Shown here piece after piece: positions 61,460 through 64,000 of a stretch of 64,000 bases of DNA. A program made the position numbers and the translations under genes. This DNA is from Chrysomallon squamiferum (taxonomy: Eukaryota; Animalia; Mollusca). The number at the start of each line of letters is the position of its first letter. The stretch's first letter is position 1. Location of the stretch: the NCBI GenBank assembly GCA_012295275.1, contig CM022668.1:372001-436000 (forward strand), read 5' to 3'. The notes below the pieces were generated by a model. It ran no database searches. It had not been told where the DNA came from and saw only the letters and a program-made list of their open reading frames with translations.

Positions 61460-64000
61460 TTATCTTATATTCGTTTATCGCACGTCAGTCCTTTCAAATA
61501 AATAGTTTCCGGTCTCAGTAAAACTGTTATTATAAAATAAAACATGTGTTTCAGAACTGTAGCAGAAATAAAATTTCGGTTATATAATTGAATTTATTTA
61601 AGAAAAATAATATTTGTTATATATAATATTATAACACATCGGACATGTTTGTTCGCTAGCTCAGCAGATGCATGAAAATCAAATTTTTGATATCTGTTTA
61701 TTCCGTTGTAGTCATCTCAAATTTGATATTTTATAATTAATCTCAATTTTAGAATTTGTTTTCTTGTTAATAGTAAATTTTGAAATATTAGGCCTAATCA
61801 CTATTTAAAAAAAAAAAAAAAAAAAATCACATCCGCAGTATCGGATGTATTTACTTCTGTCATGACGAGCAAATTTGTGTTATTTTCAGATTCGAGTCGT
61901 TCATGTTTGAGACCGGTTATTGGCAGCACAAATCTGTTAACAATTAAAATCTAGATAAAAAATCAAACCCTTTCATGTAAGTTTAAAGTTATTCCTGTTT
62001 GAAATAGTATATCATAATCTTATGCTTGGCTATTGAAAATCAAAATATTAATGCCACATACTTCCCTAGTACAGAGTAGAATTTGCAGGCACAGGCTTTA
62101 TTATTATAAAAATATATTTAAGAACACGGGTTCTTAACTGTTAGGGTACTAAAAATGGACTATATAAACCACTTATGTCTGACCTATAGACAACTAAATG
62201 CTGTGACATAAATAACATTGGCAACATTAACCTTATTCTTTCAGAGAGAACAAAATGCTGTGACATCAATCACTATGTTTGGTCTAAACTGTTGGTTTTC
62301 AAACCTTTTTATATTTTTACATGTGTCAGTAATTCAATTACACTTTGTGTGTATATTTCTCACTAATTGTTATATTAAAACTGCCAGAAACTATTATTTC
62401 TACTATGGGTTAGTTGTTTTCAACAGCAGACAACAATAAGCATTCTTAATTTCACTTTTGCTTTTCAGGTTTCATAATTTTACAAGTTCTCATATTTCTT
62501 CACTTTATTTTTGCAGTGTATTAAAAGTGGAAAATGTCTATCATTTCTTGAAATGCCGTATCCAGCGTTGAATTGTGGTGTGACCTTTGTATGGGATGAC
62601 ACAATTAAGGTATTTGTATTTAACATTTTATTTTTTATTTTTTTATAAGATCAGTGTATATATATTTTGTTGTGATTTGAGATATTTTTTGTCATATCCT
62701 GCGTTTTTTTAACAGTACTAACAAAACATTTCAGATTGATATGTCACAAGAGGATCGGATTTGTGAGGAGGAGTAAGCATATGAGGGCAATGTTTGTGAT
62801 GTAGGTACACCACAAGATGATAGCTCTTATGATTACAGTAATAATTTCTCATTATGAGAAAAAAAATGAAGACAAAATCTCAAGTAAGATGTATTTGTGC
62901 TACTTTGGTGTGTGATCTACGCTCTTATTTTAATTATTATCTTGTTTATTCTTGGTTTTTTATTATTATTTTTCATGTCATAAATGAAACAAATTTTCCT
63001 TTTATTATATATTTATAATTTAACGAAATAAGGGATTAAAAAGTATACAAATTTGAATAATATCATCGATAAATTAGGCAAACATCTGCTAGAAACTAAA
63101 AAAAAAAGATCTTCAGAATTCTTCCTGATCTGTAACCAACAGAAATAATCAAGGTGTGATTGGAAGGTTCAGTCCTCTCATCTTTTTCAAAATACAAATT
63201 TTCTAATCCAAGAAGGTTCTTTCAGTTGCTTGAGTGTTGGCTTCAGTGTTTGGATCATCATAATTTCTGATCCAAGCTATGTCGAATGTGTTGTATTACT
63301 TTACCTGCCTGCTACACATGGTCTTATCTTACAGAAATTTCCAAGATGTTTAGCTGCTGTGGATTGCCCTTTATGTTATAGACCCCACACACAAGTTGTT
63401 TCATCATGTGTAGATCACAAGCCGAAGTAGCACCAATGTATTCATGTTTTTTTCCCACTCACACATACATATACGTAATTACATTCAGTTAAAAACTACT
63501 TCAAACTCGTTATTACATCTATAAGTCATATATAATTTGAAAGGTATAATGTTTGACACACATTTCTGCTTTCAGTTCTTTTGAGATAAACATTTGTCTA
63601 TCAAAAGAAACCAGTAATAAAAGATGTAATGCTTCAAAAGGGGTAATAAAATAATTAAGCCACAGAGTCATGCAAAATGATGTAGTTACAAAACACAACT
63701 GAAGTGTCCTTTGGTGATATGAACACAATTTTCATATATATATCTTACATTCTTACAAACGATATTTTATTTTTAATTCATTTGTTTCTTAATTATTTTT
63801 ATTATTATTATTATTATTATTTTTTTTTTTGCCAGCAAGTCAAAGTTAATAATAAAGTTTAACAAAGAGATTGAAGATGGCTAATAGTTTGAAGAATAGA
63901 AAGAAACTGCAAATAATCTTGATGGAAAATCTAGGTAATGTTCATGGTATTTGTGGCTACCGTGAAGTAGGAAGAAATAATTTTAGACATAACTATAAAG

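Larger units (their letters stand above)
45841..64000 (+). repeat. Segmental duplication, copy 2 (matches 3404-~25150)
   Basis: Colinear near-identity, including the shared MITE, solo LTR and orphan exons. Confidence 0.95.

Overview
AT-rich, intron-containing animal DNA; a mollusc/lophotrochozoan origin is an inference only. The window opens with a 169-bp satellite array (1-3203) and a 200-N gap. It then holds a minus-strand tandem cluster of three multi-exon TNF-receptor-superfamily-like genes that I reconstructed by hand from GT-AG sites and exon phases: copy A 5109-18560, copy B 34048-42100, copy C 47588-56306. Each encodes a signal peptide, TNFR-type cysteine-rich domains, a Thr-rich stalk, one TM helix and a short tail with no death domain. 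The key observation is a small cytoplasmic exon, missed by the ORF track, that encodes a RHIM-like amyloid-signalling motif in A (IVNNSGGTQCVQLGENSEII) and C (NIVNSSGTQCVQLGNYSQIRI). Copy B keeps a near-identical ectodomain but has the core broken (VQTE). The RHIM exon differs between A and C only by amino-acid-changing differences, although the flanking introns are nearly identical. All three genes have a kB-like site next to a shared promoter block. This looks like a fast-evolving, NF-kB-inducible paired-receptor system of RHIM-bearing TNFRs plus a RHIM-dead paralog; function is inferred, not shown. 3404-~25150 is a near-identical duplicate of 45841-64000. The rest is intronic minisatellites, MITEs, a solo LTR and decayed transposases. 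Most ORF-track entries are spurious repeat translations.
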